From contig CAMOGS010000048.1 in assembly GCA_946614255.1 (NCBI GenBank), positions 18 to 64,017 on the forward strand: DNA of 64,000 nucleotides, written 5' to 3'. The translations under genes were made by a program, and so were the position numbers. Positions 1 through 8,818 of the stretch are shown here, one piece after another. Each line of letters opens with the position of its first letter. The first letter of the stretch is position 1. A model generated the notes under the pieces. The model had not been told where the DNA came from, ran no database searches, and saw only the letters and a list, made by a program, of their open reading frames with translations. Source of the DNA: an uncultured Bacillota bacterium. Lineage in GTDB: Bacteria > Bacillota > Clostridia > Peptostreptococcales > Anaerovoracaceae.

Positions 1-829
1 TACCCGTGCCCGTTGTGGACAGGTCAAAGGTTATGCTTGGTGCCTGATATGCCGTTAGCTCCAGACTATCATCGCCTGCGCCCAAATTAACATTTGCCTC
101 ACCGCCCAGCTCTTCGAGCCGTATGTTGACATTATCATCGAGGGCTGTTCCGTAGTATGTGAACTCGTCCGCACCCTTTGCCTTTATCTGATCCTGCATG
201 GAAAGATAAATTCCGGCTATGAGTGTGGATATGCCTTCGAGGTTAATGTCACCCTGCATAGCTGCGCCGCCTGCAGAGCCGGCATTAACATGGTCCTTAA
301 CCTGGGCTTCGTTTTGAGTAGTTACTTCAAAGCCATCTTCGATAGCATCGTTTGCTATGATACGAAGAGTGATGTCTCTGCTCGCATCGGTATTGATGAC
401 ATTAATACCGCCTTCATATACACCGTTGTTTACAACGACAGTGATGCTGTTCTTTGCACCTGCAATTGCAGCATCGATTGCTGCCTGGATGGCGTTCTTT
501 TCGTGTGTGTTTTCAAAGGTGTTTTCTTCGTCACCCACGATGTACGCCGAACCTTCAGGCACTTCGTATTCAGCAACTGTACGTGCCGTTGCTTCTTCAG
601 TGTCAGCTTCGTTTTGATAAATCGTACTGCCGCCCGTGCCCGGATCACCCGGAGCATTATAAGCGACCATTGTTCTGCTCGCGCTACCTCCTTTCTCGAA
701 GGATGCGCTTCCGACATCTACGGAAGCAGTGCCCGCAAAAACTGTAGCAGGAACCAGCATGATGACAAGTAATAAAATCATCACACCGATAAAGCTCAGT
801 CTGCGGAATGCTTTGTTTCCAACTTGCAT
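1..829 (-). CDS. Secreted protein, N-terminal part (partial, continues beyond left edge)
   Basis: ATG at 827-829 with GAGAGG upstream. The translation MQVGNKAFRRLSFIGVMILLLVIMLVPATVFAGTAS is a signal peptide. The frame stays open to position 1. It is missing from the ORF track because its stop codon is outside the window. Confidence 0.6.
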   Translation of the reverse strand, partial: MQVGNKAFRRLSFIGVMILLLVIMLVPATVFAGTASVDVGSASFEKGGSASRTMVAYNAPGDPGTGGSTIYQNEADTEEATARTVAEYEVPEGSAYIVGDEENTFENTHEKNAIQAAIDAAIAGAKNSITVVVNNGVYEGGINVINTDASRDITLRIIANDAIEDGFEVTTQNEAQVKDHVNAGSAGGAAMQGDINLEGISTLIAGIYLSMQDQIKAKGADEFTYYGTALDDNVNIRLEELGGEANVNLGAGDDSLELTAYQAPSITFDLSTTGTG

Positions 830-908
830 ATTGGTACCTCTCTACCTTTTCTCTGATTTGGACCGTTCCTTCGGTCCGTTTGCATACATATATATAAATA
901 AGAAATAA

Positions 909-2021
909 TTAGAAGAATACATCGTAGAACGGATCAGTTTCTTCACCGCTACGCATAGCCTCGGCTGCCTCAATAGCTTCATCAAGCTTTGCCATTAGGT
1001 CGCTTGCCTGCTGAGATATCGTTGCATCTGTGCCGTCAATTGCCGCCTGAAGGTCTGCCTTTACATCGTCAATCTCATACTCTTCGAGCATCAGCGTGCA
1101 AACCGCTCTGGTGTAATGGCACGCTTCCGGAAGCTCATGTCTCGAAAGTGACCTGTTCAGGTCTTCAATCGCCGCTTCGTACTTGCCGTTTGACATTCGA
1201 CACACACCTCGGTAGTAATAGATGCAGTCGTAACTGTCGTCGAGATTGATTGCCGTCGTAAGACTCTTTTCTCCCTGGTCATAGGCTTCGTTTTGAATTG
1301 CCGTCAGACCGTAGAGGTAAAGTATCTTCGGGTCGGTTACTTCCTCGAGTATCTTGCCGTATTCCGTATTGGCTTCGCTGTAATTGTCCTGCATGAACTT
1401 TGCCTGAGCCAGGAGTCCGCGGATTTCCGTGTCGCCCGGAACCAGCCTGAGATAATTCTCGAGAGCTTCGATGAGGCCGCCATAGTTTTGTTGTTCGGCA
1501 TAAATCTGGGCCTCTATGAGGTAAGCGTCAGAGCTGTCCGGGTTGATTGCAATTGCCTTTCTGATTTGGGAAAGCGCATTGGCATAATCCTTTTGAAGTA
1601 CATAAAGGCACGCTTTCTTTAGTATCAGATCCAGGTAAAGTGACTGGTCATAGGCGCTTTCATCATAGAGCCCGATGCATTCATCGATGCTCGATATTGC
1701 GTCGCCATATTTACCGGTCGCAATCTGTCTGGCCGCTCTGTCGTAATAATCGTCAAGTGTAGTCGGCTCCGTAAAGGTCTGCTCGACTACTTCCGCCATT
1801 CGCTGAAGTCTTGATTCCTTGTTCAGATAATCGAAGTTATCAACGAGATAATTGGCAGAGGCGTCCTGCTTGCTGCCTGTGTGCTCAATTCCGACGCTCG
1901 CAGCCGTAGCCGTAAGCACAGTGGTCAGAACCAGAGCGAGCACCAGTACATAGCTGACAGGTCGCATTATCTGCTTCATATAATCAGGTCTTTTCTTTTC
2001 GTTAGTTGAAATATTATTCAT
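909..2021 (-). CDS. Membrane-anchored TPR-repeat protein
   Basis: 370-aa ORF with an AAGGAAA SD. An N-terminal TM helix (VSYVLVLALVLTTVLTATAA) is followed by several 34-aa TPR-like repeats (e.g. YANALSQIRKAIAINPDSSDAYLIEAQIY). Confidence 0.75.
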   Translation of the reverse strand: MNNISTNEKKRPDYMKQIMRPVSYVLVLALVLTTVLTATAASVGIEHTGSKQDASANYLVDNFDYLNKESRLQRMAEVVEQTFTEPTTLDDYYDRAARQIATGKYGDAISSIDECIGLYDESAYDQSLYLDLILKKACLYVLQKDYANALSQIRKAIAINPDSSDAYLIEAQIYAEQQNYGGLIEALENYLRLVPGDTEIRGLLAQAKFMQDNYSEANTEYGKILEEVTDPKILYLYGLTAIQNEAYDQGEKSLTTAINLDDSYDCIYYYRGVCRMSNGKYEAAIEDLNRSLSRHELPEACHYTRAVCTLMLEEYEIDDVKADLQAAIDGTDATISQQASDLMAKLDEAIEAAEAMRSGEETDPFYDVFF

Positions 2022-2442
2022 TCAGTATATTTCCTTGCTGTAAAAAGTGATTCGAAATCGCATCAGTTTGTAGACCAATGCATATATAATAGTAGCATTT
2101 TGCTATTTAGTTTGTGCATAACGTTACACTATATTTAATATTTATTGAATTTTTCCTCTTGTTTTTAAATTAATACAAGATTTTTTGCTTACAATTTTTG
2201 GTTTTTTGCTTTGTTTTTGGTAGCTATTCTATATCCTTGAAATTCTGTAATCCCTTGCAATTTCAACGTTTTCAAGTCTTCTCCAAAATACTGCCCACAG
2301 TTTAACAAAAGTGCAATTAAAGTGCAAGCAAAATGCATAATGTTTCATTTTATCCACAAGATTTTTTGCCGTTTTTTTCATGATGCGGAATTAATGCGGT
2401 TCTGCATGTGCACATTTGTTAATTATTCACAGCAAACTAATA

Positions 2443-2473
2443 GGGCGGAGCGATTATAAAAATCGCTCCGCCC
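2443..2473 (-). terminator. Intrinsic terminator downstream of pnp
   Basis: 13-bp perfect stem GGGCGGAGCGATT/AATCGCTCCGCCC with a 5-nt loop. On the minus strand it is followed by UAUUAGUUUG. Confidence 0.6.
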
Positions 2474-2520
2474 TTGAAACTACACGTTTCTGCGGTTTTA
2501 ATGCGGTTTGCCCAAAACTG

Positions 2521-4623
2521 CTATAAAAGCTCTTTTCTGGACAGGTTTATTCTGTTTTGACTGTCAATTTCCGTAACCTTTACTGTAACGGTGTCGCCAA
2601 TGTTCATAACATCTTCGACCTTTTCGACTCTTTCCTTTGCCATCTTTGAGATATGGAGCAGGCCTTCCTTACCCGGAAGGATTTCAATAAATGCGCCGAA
2701 GTTCATAATACGGGTAACCTTACCCTCGTAAATCTCTCCGACTTCTACGTCTCTTACAAGGAGTTCGATCGCCTTCTTGCAGGCTTCTGCCTGAGGTCCG
2801 TCAATTCCATATATTGAAACGAGTCCGTCATCAGTAATATCAATCTTTACGCCGTACTCTTCAACGAGTCCGTTGATGGTTTCGCCGCCCTTACCGATGA
2901 CTATGCGGATCTTGTCCGGATTAATCATCATGCTGATAGCGCGCGGAGCCCACTTGGAAAGCTCAGGACGAGGTGCAGGAATCTCTTCGAGCATCTTATC
3001 CATGATGAACATTCTGCCTTCCTTTGCCTGACGCAGAGCCTTTTCAAGGATTTCTCTGGAAAGACCGTGAACCTTGATATCCATCTGGATTGCAGTTACA
3101 CCTACTTCTGTACCTGTAACCTTAAAGTCCATATCACCGAGGAAGTCCTCCATACCCTGAATATCTGAAAGGATTGCAAACTCAGAGGTTCCATCTTCCT
3201 TGACTCTTTCAATCAGTCCCATTGCAATACCTGCTACAGGTCTCTTGATAGGTACGCCGGCATCCATAAGTGCCAGGCATGATCCGCATGTCGAACCCAT
3301 TGAAGTCGAACCGTTCGATGAAAGTACATCGGATACGACTCTGATTGCGTATGGGAACTCCTCTACAGGCGGAATTACCGGCAGCAGTGCTCTTTCAGCG
3401 AGAGCGCCGTGGCCGATTTCTCTTCTGCCCGGGCTGCGGCTGGTCTTTGCCTCGCCTACGGAATATCCCGGGAAGTTGTAGTGGTGGATATATCTCTTTT
3501 CGGTCTGTTCGGTGATGCCGTCGATAGTCTGTGCTTCGCTTGCCGGAGCAAGTGTGCATGAGGACAGCACCTGAGTCTGGCCGCGCTTAAAGAGGCCTGT
3601 GCCGTGAACTCTCGGAAGTATGCCTGTCTCGCAGTAGATAGGTCTGATTTCGTCGAGCTTGCGGTTATCCGGACGGATACCTTCGTCGAGAATCATTGTG
3701 CGTACTGTTTCCTTTGTGATGTTGTAAAGTACAGCATCGATGTCCTTGCCGCCTTCAGGATAAATCTCTGCAAAGTGTTCTTTGGTTTCAACCTCTACAG
3801 CGTCCATAGCGTCCAGTCTTGCCTGCTTTTCAGGTGTCTTTATAGCTTCCTTCATCTTTGGAACGGCGAACTCTCTGACTGCTGCGTCGATCTCTTCGAG
3901 CGGCTTATAGAGCTCTACTTCCATCTTTGGCTTGCCGACTTCGGCTACTACCTCTTCGATGAATTCTACAATCTTTTTAATTTCTTCGTGTGCAAAGAGG
4001 ATGGCATCGAGCATCTCCATTTCAGGAACCTCGTGTGCGCCTGCTTCTACCATCATGATGGCTTCCTTTGTGCCGGAAACTGTCATTTCGATGTCTGAAA
4101 CTTCTCTCTGTGCGAGCGTTGGATTTATAACCAGCTGACCGTCAACTCTGCCTACCTTTACCGATCCTGTCGGGCCATCCCAAGGGATGTCTGAGCAAGC
4201 AAGTGCAACGGATGAACCGATCATACCGCAGATTTCCGGTGAACAGTCAGGGTCAACCGACATTACAGTTGCCACAACAACGACGTCGTTGTAATAACCC
4301 TTTGGGAAAAGTGGTCTGATAGGTCTGTCAATCAGGCGGCTGGTCAGAATAGCGTGTTCGCTCGGTCTGCCTTCGCGCTTGATAAAGCCTCCCGGAATCT
4401 TACCTACGGAGTACATTCTCTCTTCGAAATCCACGCTGAGCGGGAAGAAATCGATGTCAGGCTTTGGCTCCTTTGACGCACATGCTGTCACGTTGACGAT
4501 TGTGTCGCCGTACTTTACCATAACCTGGCCGTTTGCCTGCTCGCAAACCTTGCCGATTTCGAGTTCGAGGAGTCTGCCTCCTACTGCGGTTCTAAACGTT
4601 CTGTAATCTTCAAATCTTGGCAT
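2521..4623 (-). CDS. pnp: Polynucleotide phosphorylase
   Basis: About 700-aa ORF with duplicated RNase PH cores plus KH and S1 tails ([41 protein letters not shown]). The ATG at 4623 with AGGAGG upstream is preferred over the TTG at 4632. Confidence 0.95.
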   Translation of the reverse strand: MPRFEDYRTFRTAVGGRLLELEIGKVCEQANGQVMVKYGDTIVNVTACASKEPKPDIDFFPLSVDFEERMYSVGKIPGGFIKREGRPSEHAILTSRLIDRPIRPLFPKGYYNDVVVVATVMSVDPDCSPEICGMIGSSVALACSDIPWDGPTGSVKVGRVDGQLVINPTLAQREVSDIEMTVSGTKEAIMMVEAGAHEVPEMEMLDAILFAHEEIKKIVEFIEEVVAEVGKPKMEVELYKPLEEIDAAVREFAVPKMKEAIKTPEKQARLDAMDAVEVETKEHFAEIYPEGGKDIDAVLYNITKETVRTMILDEGIRPDNRKLDEIRPIYCETGILPRVHGTGLFKRGQTQVLSSCTLAPASEAQTIDGITEQTEKRYIHHYNFPGYSVGEAKTSRSPGRREIGHGALAERALLPVIPPVEEFPYAIRVVSDVLSSNGSTSMGSTCGSCLALMDAGVPIKRPVAGIAMGLIERVKEDGTSEFAILSDIQGMEDFLGDMDFKVTGTEVGVTAIQMDIKVHGLSREILEKALRQAKEGRMFIMDKMLEEIPAPRPELSKWAPRAISMMINPDKIRIVIGKGGETINGLVEEYGVKIDITDDGLVSIYGIDGPQAEACKKAIELLVRDVEVGEIYEGKVTRIMNFGAFIEILPGKEGLLHISKMAKERVEKVEDVMNIGDTVTVKVTEIDSQNRINLSRKELL

Positions 4624-4673
4624 AATTAACAACTACCTCCTGTTAATTTTCTACTCTACCTTTTATCAAATAA

Positions 4674-4697
4674 AAGCGGGGACTTATTTCCCCGCTT
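4674..4697 (-). terminator. rpsO terminator / pnp leader hairpin
   Basis: Stem AAGCGGGGA/TCCCCGCTT followed by a T-rich run on the minus strand. It lies between the rpsO stop and the pnp start. Confidence 0.6.
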
Positions 4698-4719
4698 AAA
4701 TTTCTTACCGTAATGTGAA

Positions 4720-4986
4720 TTACTTTCTTAATCCTAAACGAGCAATCAGGTTTCTGTATCTTTCGAGATCCTTTTCTCTCAGGTAATTAAGAATGTTTCT
4801 TCTCTGTCCTACCATCTTTAAGAGGCCTCTTCTTGAGTGGTGGTCCTTCTTGTGAGTCTTTAAGTGCTCGTTAAGCTCATTGATTCTGTAAGTAAGGATT
4901 GCAACCTGTACTTCAGGGGAACCTGTGTCGCCTGCCTTCAGGCCGTATTCCTTGATAATTTCTGCTTTCTTTTCTGTTGTTAACAT
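4720..4986 (-). CDS. rpsO: 30S ribosomal protein S15
   Basis: 88 aa, [15 protein letters not shown]...[19 protein letters not shown]. The ATG at 4986 follows AAAGGAGAAAAAA. The track ORF (to 5082) is an upstream over-extension. Confidence 0.95.
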   Translation of the reverse strand: MLTTEKKAEIIKEYGLKAGDTGSPEVQVAILTYRINELNEHLKTHKKDHHSRRGLLKMVGQRRNILNYLREKDLERYRNLIARLGLRK

Positions 4987-5096
4987 GATTTTTTCTCCTT
5001 TTTCGTTATTCGCCTGCTCTGAGTTCCGGTTGGAGTTTCCGAGAACTAAGGGAAGGTATAAAAGCGTTGCAAATCGCAACAATTAATATTAACACG

Positions 5097-6038
5097 CTAC
5101 TGCGTTGTTGTCAAGTTAAATCGGTGATAAGCCTTTGCGGTGATGCAATCTGATGTAATCTGCTTTGAAAGAGCGTCCACAGACTCAAATTTGAACTCGT
5201 CGCGGATTTTTTCAATGAAGTTTACTCTGATTACCTTTCCGTAAAGCTCCTCGTCAAAGTTAAATATATGGGTTTCCACGTTGCGGACAAACTTGCCTAT
5301 GGTCGGCTTGTTTCCGACATTGGTAACACTGGGATAAACCTTTCCGTTATATTCACAGGTAGTGATGTATACTCCGTTTGGCGGAGACACCATCCCGGGG
5401 TCGATGTTTAAATTGGAGGTTGGAAAGCCTATTGACTTTCCGAGTCTGTTTCCTACAACGACCTCTCCTTCAACGCTGTAGCAACGCCCCATATATTTTT
5501 TACATTCATCCACACGGCCCGTTTCAATCAGATTTCTGATAAAGGTGCTCGAAACGACATTTCCGTCTATGGTTACGGGACTTAAAACGTGGACACCAAA
5601 GCCCTTTTCAATTCCCATATGCATCAGTATTTCGGGCGTTCCGGCGCCCTTGAAGCCGAATCTGTAGTTAAACCCACAATACGCTTCACGCATGTTAAAT
5701 TTGCTAATTAACAGCTCATTTACAAAACTCTCGGGCTCCATTGTCCTGATTTCATCGGTGAAAGGAATATTGAACAGGTAATCAACGCCGAGCTCTCGCA
5801 TAATTTCCGCTTTGTCGCTCGCGTAGATGATGTTCTTTACCTCAGCACCTGTCTTCATCACATTGCGCGGATGATTTGAAAAGGTGAACACAGCAGCTTT
5901 AATCCCTGCGGTTTTGGCAGCCTCCGTGCAGCGCCTGATCAGCTCCCTGTGCCCTTTGTGCACACCGTCGAAATTGCCCAGAGCAACGACAGTGGCCTCT
6001 ATGTCTTTTATTTCTTCAAGGCTGTTATATACCTTCAT
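5097..6038 (-). CDS. ribF: Bifunctional riboflavin kinase / FAD synthetase
   Basis: 313 aa. GNFDGVHKGHRELI nucleotidyltransferase motif plus a C-terminal riboflavin kinase domain. Canonical position after truB. Confidence 0.92.
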   Translation of the reverse strand: MKVYNSLEEIKDIEATVVALGNFDGVHKGHRELIRRCTEAAKTAGIKAAVFTFSNHPRNVMKTGAEVKNIIYASDKAEIMRELGVDYLFNIPFTDEIRTMEPESFVNELLISKFNMREAYCGFNYRFGFKGAGTPEILMHMGIEKGFGVHVLSPVTIDGNVVSSTFIRNLIETGRVDECKKYMGRCYSVEGEVVVGNRLGKSIGFPTSNLNIDPGMVSPPNGVYITTCEYNGKVYPSVTNVGNKPTIGKFVRNVETHIFNFDEELYGKVIRVNFIEKIRDEFKFESVDALSKQITSDCITAKAYHRFNLTTTQ

Positions 6039-6048
6039 TTTCTGTCCC

Positions 6049-7218
6049 TTACCTAATTATATCTCTATTATCTCTATGGAAAAATACCTTGTCCGCTACC
6101 AGCTTTTTATATTTGAAATTATAAAATGCCACGCCCAAAAATATCATATCAGGCGAATACAGTCTGTAAGCATGCCTGAATTCCTCGCGAATCGGAAGCG
6201 GAAAATCTTCATTTTGGTACCTGGGTTTCTCCAAAACCTCGACCTCTTTCATTGCTATATGCCCGCCGCCTACAAACCAGTCTGCCAGATCGCCGGTGCA
6301 TATTTTAGCCCTTCCGAAGCTTTTAAGCGGTTCATCGGGATAAATTATTATCTTATTTACAACGCTGTCTATTTCGTCAAACTCCCCCTCCAGAGCGGCA
6401 TCCAGGGTTTCTTCCACGCCATAGAGCTTTGCCAAAACTCTGACTCCGCCCTTTAATATGTCGGCATCATTCATCCTGCCGCGCGGATGCTTGTTTTTCC
6501 TGCCCAGCTTTTCGAGAGCTCTTTCCCTGCGCTCACAGAGCTGCTTCAGAAACTCAAAGCTGACAGCATTGCCTAAATTGAAATAGCCGCTCGCCTCGCG
6601 TGTGAGCTCACACATCGCCGCTCCGCAGCCGAGCTTTTCGCCGACATCGGCACAGATAGACCGGATGTATGTCCCCTTTGAGCATGTAACACGAAAGGTT
6701 ACCTTTAACTCATTCATATCTATATCGATTACTTCTACTGAATCGATATAAATTGTTCTTTTCGGTATTTCGACCTCCTGACCGTTTCTGGCATAGTCAT
6801 AGAGTCTCCTGCCATTTACCCAAACAGCCGAATATTTTGGCGGAACCTGCTCCGTCACTCCTGAGAGGCTTTTTAGCGTATTAACGATATCTTGCTCGTC
6901 AAACGGCTTTTTCCCACCTGAAAACGCAATTTTGAGCCTCGATCTTTCGTCATGCACATCCTTACCCCAGATATCCTGAGTATCCGATGTCACACCCAGA
7001 TACATCGAGCAAAGATAGGTCTTCATATCCAGATCGAGATATTCCGTAATTCTCGAAGCTGTCCCGATACACACAGGAAGCACACCTGTCGCCTGTGGAT
7101 CAAGTGTGCCCGTATGTCCTATCCTTTTTACTCCGGTCAGTCGCCTCACCATGTTTACAAGGTCATGGGAAGACATCCCCGCCGGCTTGTTTATGTTAAT
7201 AATTCCTTCTAAAATCAT
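6049..7218 (-). CDS. truB: tRNA pseudouridine-55 synthase (with ~65-aa internal insertion)
   Basis: GHTGTLDP catalytic Asp motif, KGTYIRS, C-terminal PUA-like part. At 389 aa it is longer than usual. Confidence 0.9.
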   Translation of the reverse strand: MILEGIININKPAGMSSHDLVNMVRRLTGVKRIGHTGTLDPQATGVLPVCIGTASRITEYLDLDMKTYLCSMYLGVTSDTQDIWGKDVHDERSRLKIAFSGGKKPFDEQDIVNTLKSLSGVTEQVPPKYSAVWVNGRRLYDYARNGQEVEIPKRTIYIDSVEVIDIDMNELKVTFRVTCSKGTYIRSICADVGEKLGCGAAMCELTREASGYFNLGNAVSFEFLKQLCERRERALEKLGRKNKHPRGRMNDADILKGGVRVLAKLYGVEETLDAALEGEFDEIDSVVNKIIIYPDEPLKSFGRAKICTGDLADWFVGGGHIAMKEVEVLEKPRYQNEDFPLPIREEFRHAYRLYSPDMIFLGVAFYNFKYKKLVADKVFFHRDNRDIIR

Positions 7219-7235
7219 ACTAACGCATTTCTTAC

Positions 7236-8225
7236 TTAAACAGCTTTGGCTATTTCAGGTCCAAGCAGCTCTATCGCCTCTTTCATAGACATCTCCAAAG
7301 TGCAGCCTGCAGCACGAACATGGCCGCCGCCACCGAACTTTGACGCTACCTTTGAAACATCCGCATAAGCCTTTGCCCGCATGCTGAGCTTTATCTTTCT
7401 TTCCTCGTTTTCCTTGAAAAGCGCTGCAACTTCAACGCCTGCGATTCCGCGAAGCACATTGATTATGCCCTCCGTGTCCTCAAGTCTGGCGCCGCAGTCC
7501 TTTAGCATCTGCTGCGTAACATAGGCAATAGCAACCCTGCCGTCCGCAATAATCTGCATCGTGCCCATAATCTCGGCCTCGAGGCGTATCTTTTGCGGCG
7601 GATTGTTTTGGTAAATGGCGTTGCTGACGCCCGGAAGGTCAAAGCCGACTTCCATCAGCTCCACCATAATCTCGAATGTGCGCTTTGTCGTGTTCGAGTA
7701 TTGGAAATTGCCGCAGTCGGTGGTAATGGCCGCAAACAGAGCCTCGCAAATCAGCTTGTCCGGCTTCACGCCCATAGCCATCAGCAGGTCGTATATGATT
7801 TCGCCTGTAGCCGCAGCTGCCGGATCGATGTAGTTGTAGTCCGCGAAGGGCTTGCTTGTCAGATGGTGGTCGATGCAGACAAGTGTCTTGCCCTTGTAAA
7901 AGGCTTCCTTGCGCTTTGGAAATCTGTCCGGCTCGCCGTTGTCGACCGCTACGCAAATGTCCGGCGCATCGCCAAAGACCGTTTCGTCAAAGGTCGTGTA
8001 AGTTTCGCCCGCTCCGAGGCCGGCACTGTCGAGAAAGGCGAGGTTGTCCGCCACTTTGTCCTCAATCAGAACGCGACAAGTCACGCCACACATTCCGAGG
8101 GCGCGGGCAAGCGCTGTGCAAGACCCAAGCGCGTCGCCGTCCGCATTTGCATGCGGAAAGAGCAGCACCGTATGCGCCGATTTCAAAACCTCGGCGATTT
8201 CTTTTAAGCTGTTGTTTTTATCCAT
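7236..8225 (-). CDS. nrnA: DHH/DHHA1 phosphoesterase (oligoribonuclease / pAp phosphatase NrnA-like)
   Basis: Motifs HANADGDALGS, DHH (IDHH) and GGGH. The ATG at 8225 follows AGGTGG. The 21 upstream codons in the track ORF are a translated intergenic repeat. Confidence 0.85.
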   Translation of the reverse strand: MDKNNSLKEIAEVLKSAHTVLLFPHANADGDALGSCTALARALGMCGVTCRVLIEDKVADNLAFLDSAGLGAGETYTTFDETVFGDAPDICVAVDNGEPDRFPKRKEAFYKGKTLVCIDHHLTSKPFADYNYIDPAAAATGEIIYDLLMAMGVKPDKLICEALFAAITTDCGNFQYSNTTKRTFEIMVELMEVGFDLPGVSNAIYQNNPPQKIRLEAEIMGTMQIIADGRVAIAYVTQQMLKDCGARLEDTEGIINVLRGIAGVEVAALFKENEERKIKLSMRAKAYADVSKVASKFGGGGHVRAAGCTLEMSMKEAIELLGPEIAKAV

Positions 8226-8233
8226 TATTCCAC

Positions 8234-8318
8234 CTAATTCCAATTTGGGGACAGGCACCAAATTCGCCTTTTGGGAAGTTTGGTGCACGTCCCTAAATTC
8301 GCCTCGTCCCTAAATTAG
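8234..8318. repeat. Dispersed modular repeat, locus 1 (units A, B, partial B)
   Basis: CTAATTCCAATTTGGGGACAGGCACCAAATTCGCC...GGTGCACGTCCCTAAATTCGCC..CGTCCCTAAATTAG. It fills the rbfA-nrnA gap. Confidence 0.9.
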
Positions 8319-8319
8319 C

Positions 8320-8691
8320 CTATTTTGACAAGCCGTCAATTAGTTTTTCCATCTTTGCCCCGTACTCCATTGACGTATCAATCTTGAATGTCAGCTCGGG
8401 TACATGGTGTATCTGCAGCCTGTGGCCGACTTCTCTTCTGATTAGACCCTTCGCGTTCTCAAAGCCCTCGAGGACGGAGGCCTTTTGCTCATCGGTGGCA
8501 AAGCCGTCCTTGCCGAAGCCGAGAATCGACACGAAAACTGTGGCGTAGCTGCCATCGCCGCTGACGTCAACGGCCGACACGCTAACCATGCTTTCAGTCA
8601 GTCGCGGGTCTTTTATTTCGCGCAGCAGCATCTCAGAGATTATCTTCCTGATCTCTTCACCGATGCGGCCGGCTCTATATCCTTTTCCCAT
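8320..8691 (-). CDS. rbfA: Ribosome-binding factor A
   Basis: 123 aa, RIGEEIRKIISEML...KDPRL, typical of RbfA. Canonical position after infB. Confidence 0.92.
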   Translation of the reverse strand: MGKGYRAGRIGEEIRKIISEMLLREIKDPRLTESMVSVSAVDVSGDGSYATVFVSILGFGKDGFATDEQKASVLEGFENAKGLIRREVGHRLQIHHVPELTFKIDTSMEYGAKMEKLIDGLSK

Positions 8692-8760
8692 TTCTGTTTT
8701 TCCCTTCTCTTTATCGAGTTTATACCGAATCTTTACCGAATTTTTATCGGGACTTTATCG

Positions 8761-8817
8761 GGACCTGTCCCCAAATTTGCCAAAATTCCAATTTGGTGCC
8801 TGTCCCCAAATTCGCCG
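8761..8817. repeat. Dispersed modular repeat, locus 2 (units C, A in reverse orientation)
   Basis: GGACCTGTCCCCAAATTTGCCAAAATTCCAATTTGGTGCCTGTCCCCAAATTCGCC. It ends 1 nt from the infB stop codon. Confidence 0.9.
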
Positions 8818-8818
8818 C

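Noticed and set aside
2229-2381. 50-aa minus-strand ORF (MKKTAKNLVDKMKHY...) in the 500-bp AT-rich gap between pnp and the TPR gene
   Set aside because: It has no SD, a composition typical of AT-rich non-coding DNA, and no motif. The gap more likely holds the TPR gene promoter. The only other signal is a pair of roughly 20-bp direct repeats (TGCGG(A/T)(A/T)TTAATGCGGTT) flanking the pnp terminator, which is too weak to call.
4987-5096. rpsO leader hairpin (AGTTCTCGG...CCGGAACT) as an S15 autoregulatory element
   Set aside because: It is plausible but rests on a single short helix. A three-way junction or pseudoknot cannot be established without covariation data.
8226-8288. N-terminal extensions of the nrnA, rimP (14016-14048) and uppS (41064-41195) ORFs, plus small ORFs 13906-14163, 13952-14194, 41081-41296, 58639-59028 and 58649-58975
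   Set aside because: These are translations of the dispersed repeat (recurring peptides VPVPKL, WGQAPNSP, CLSPNSP). Internal ATGs with proper SDs match the conserved N-termini of the protein families.
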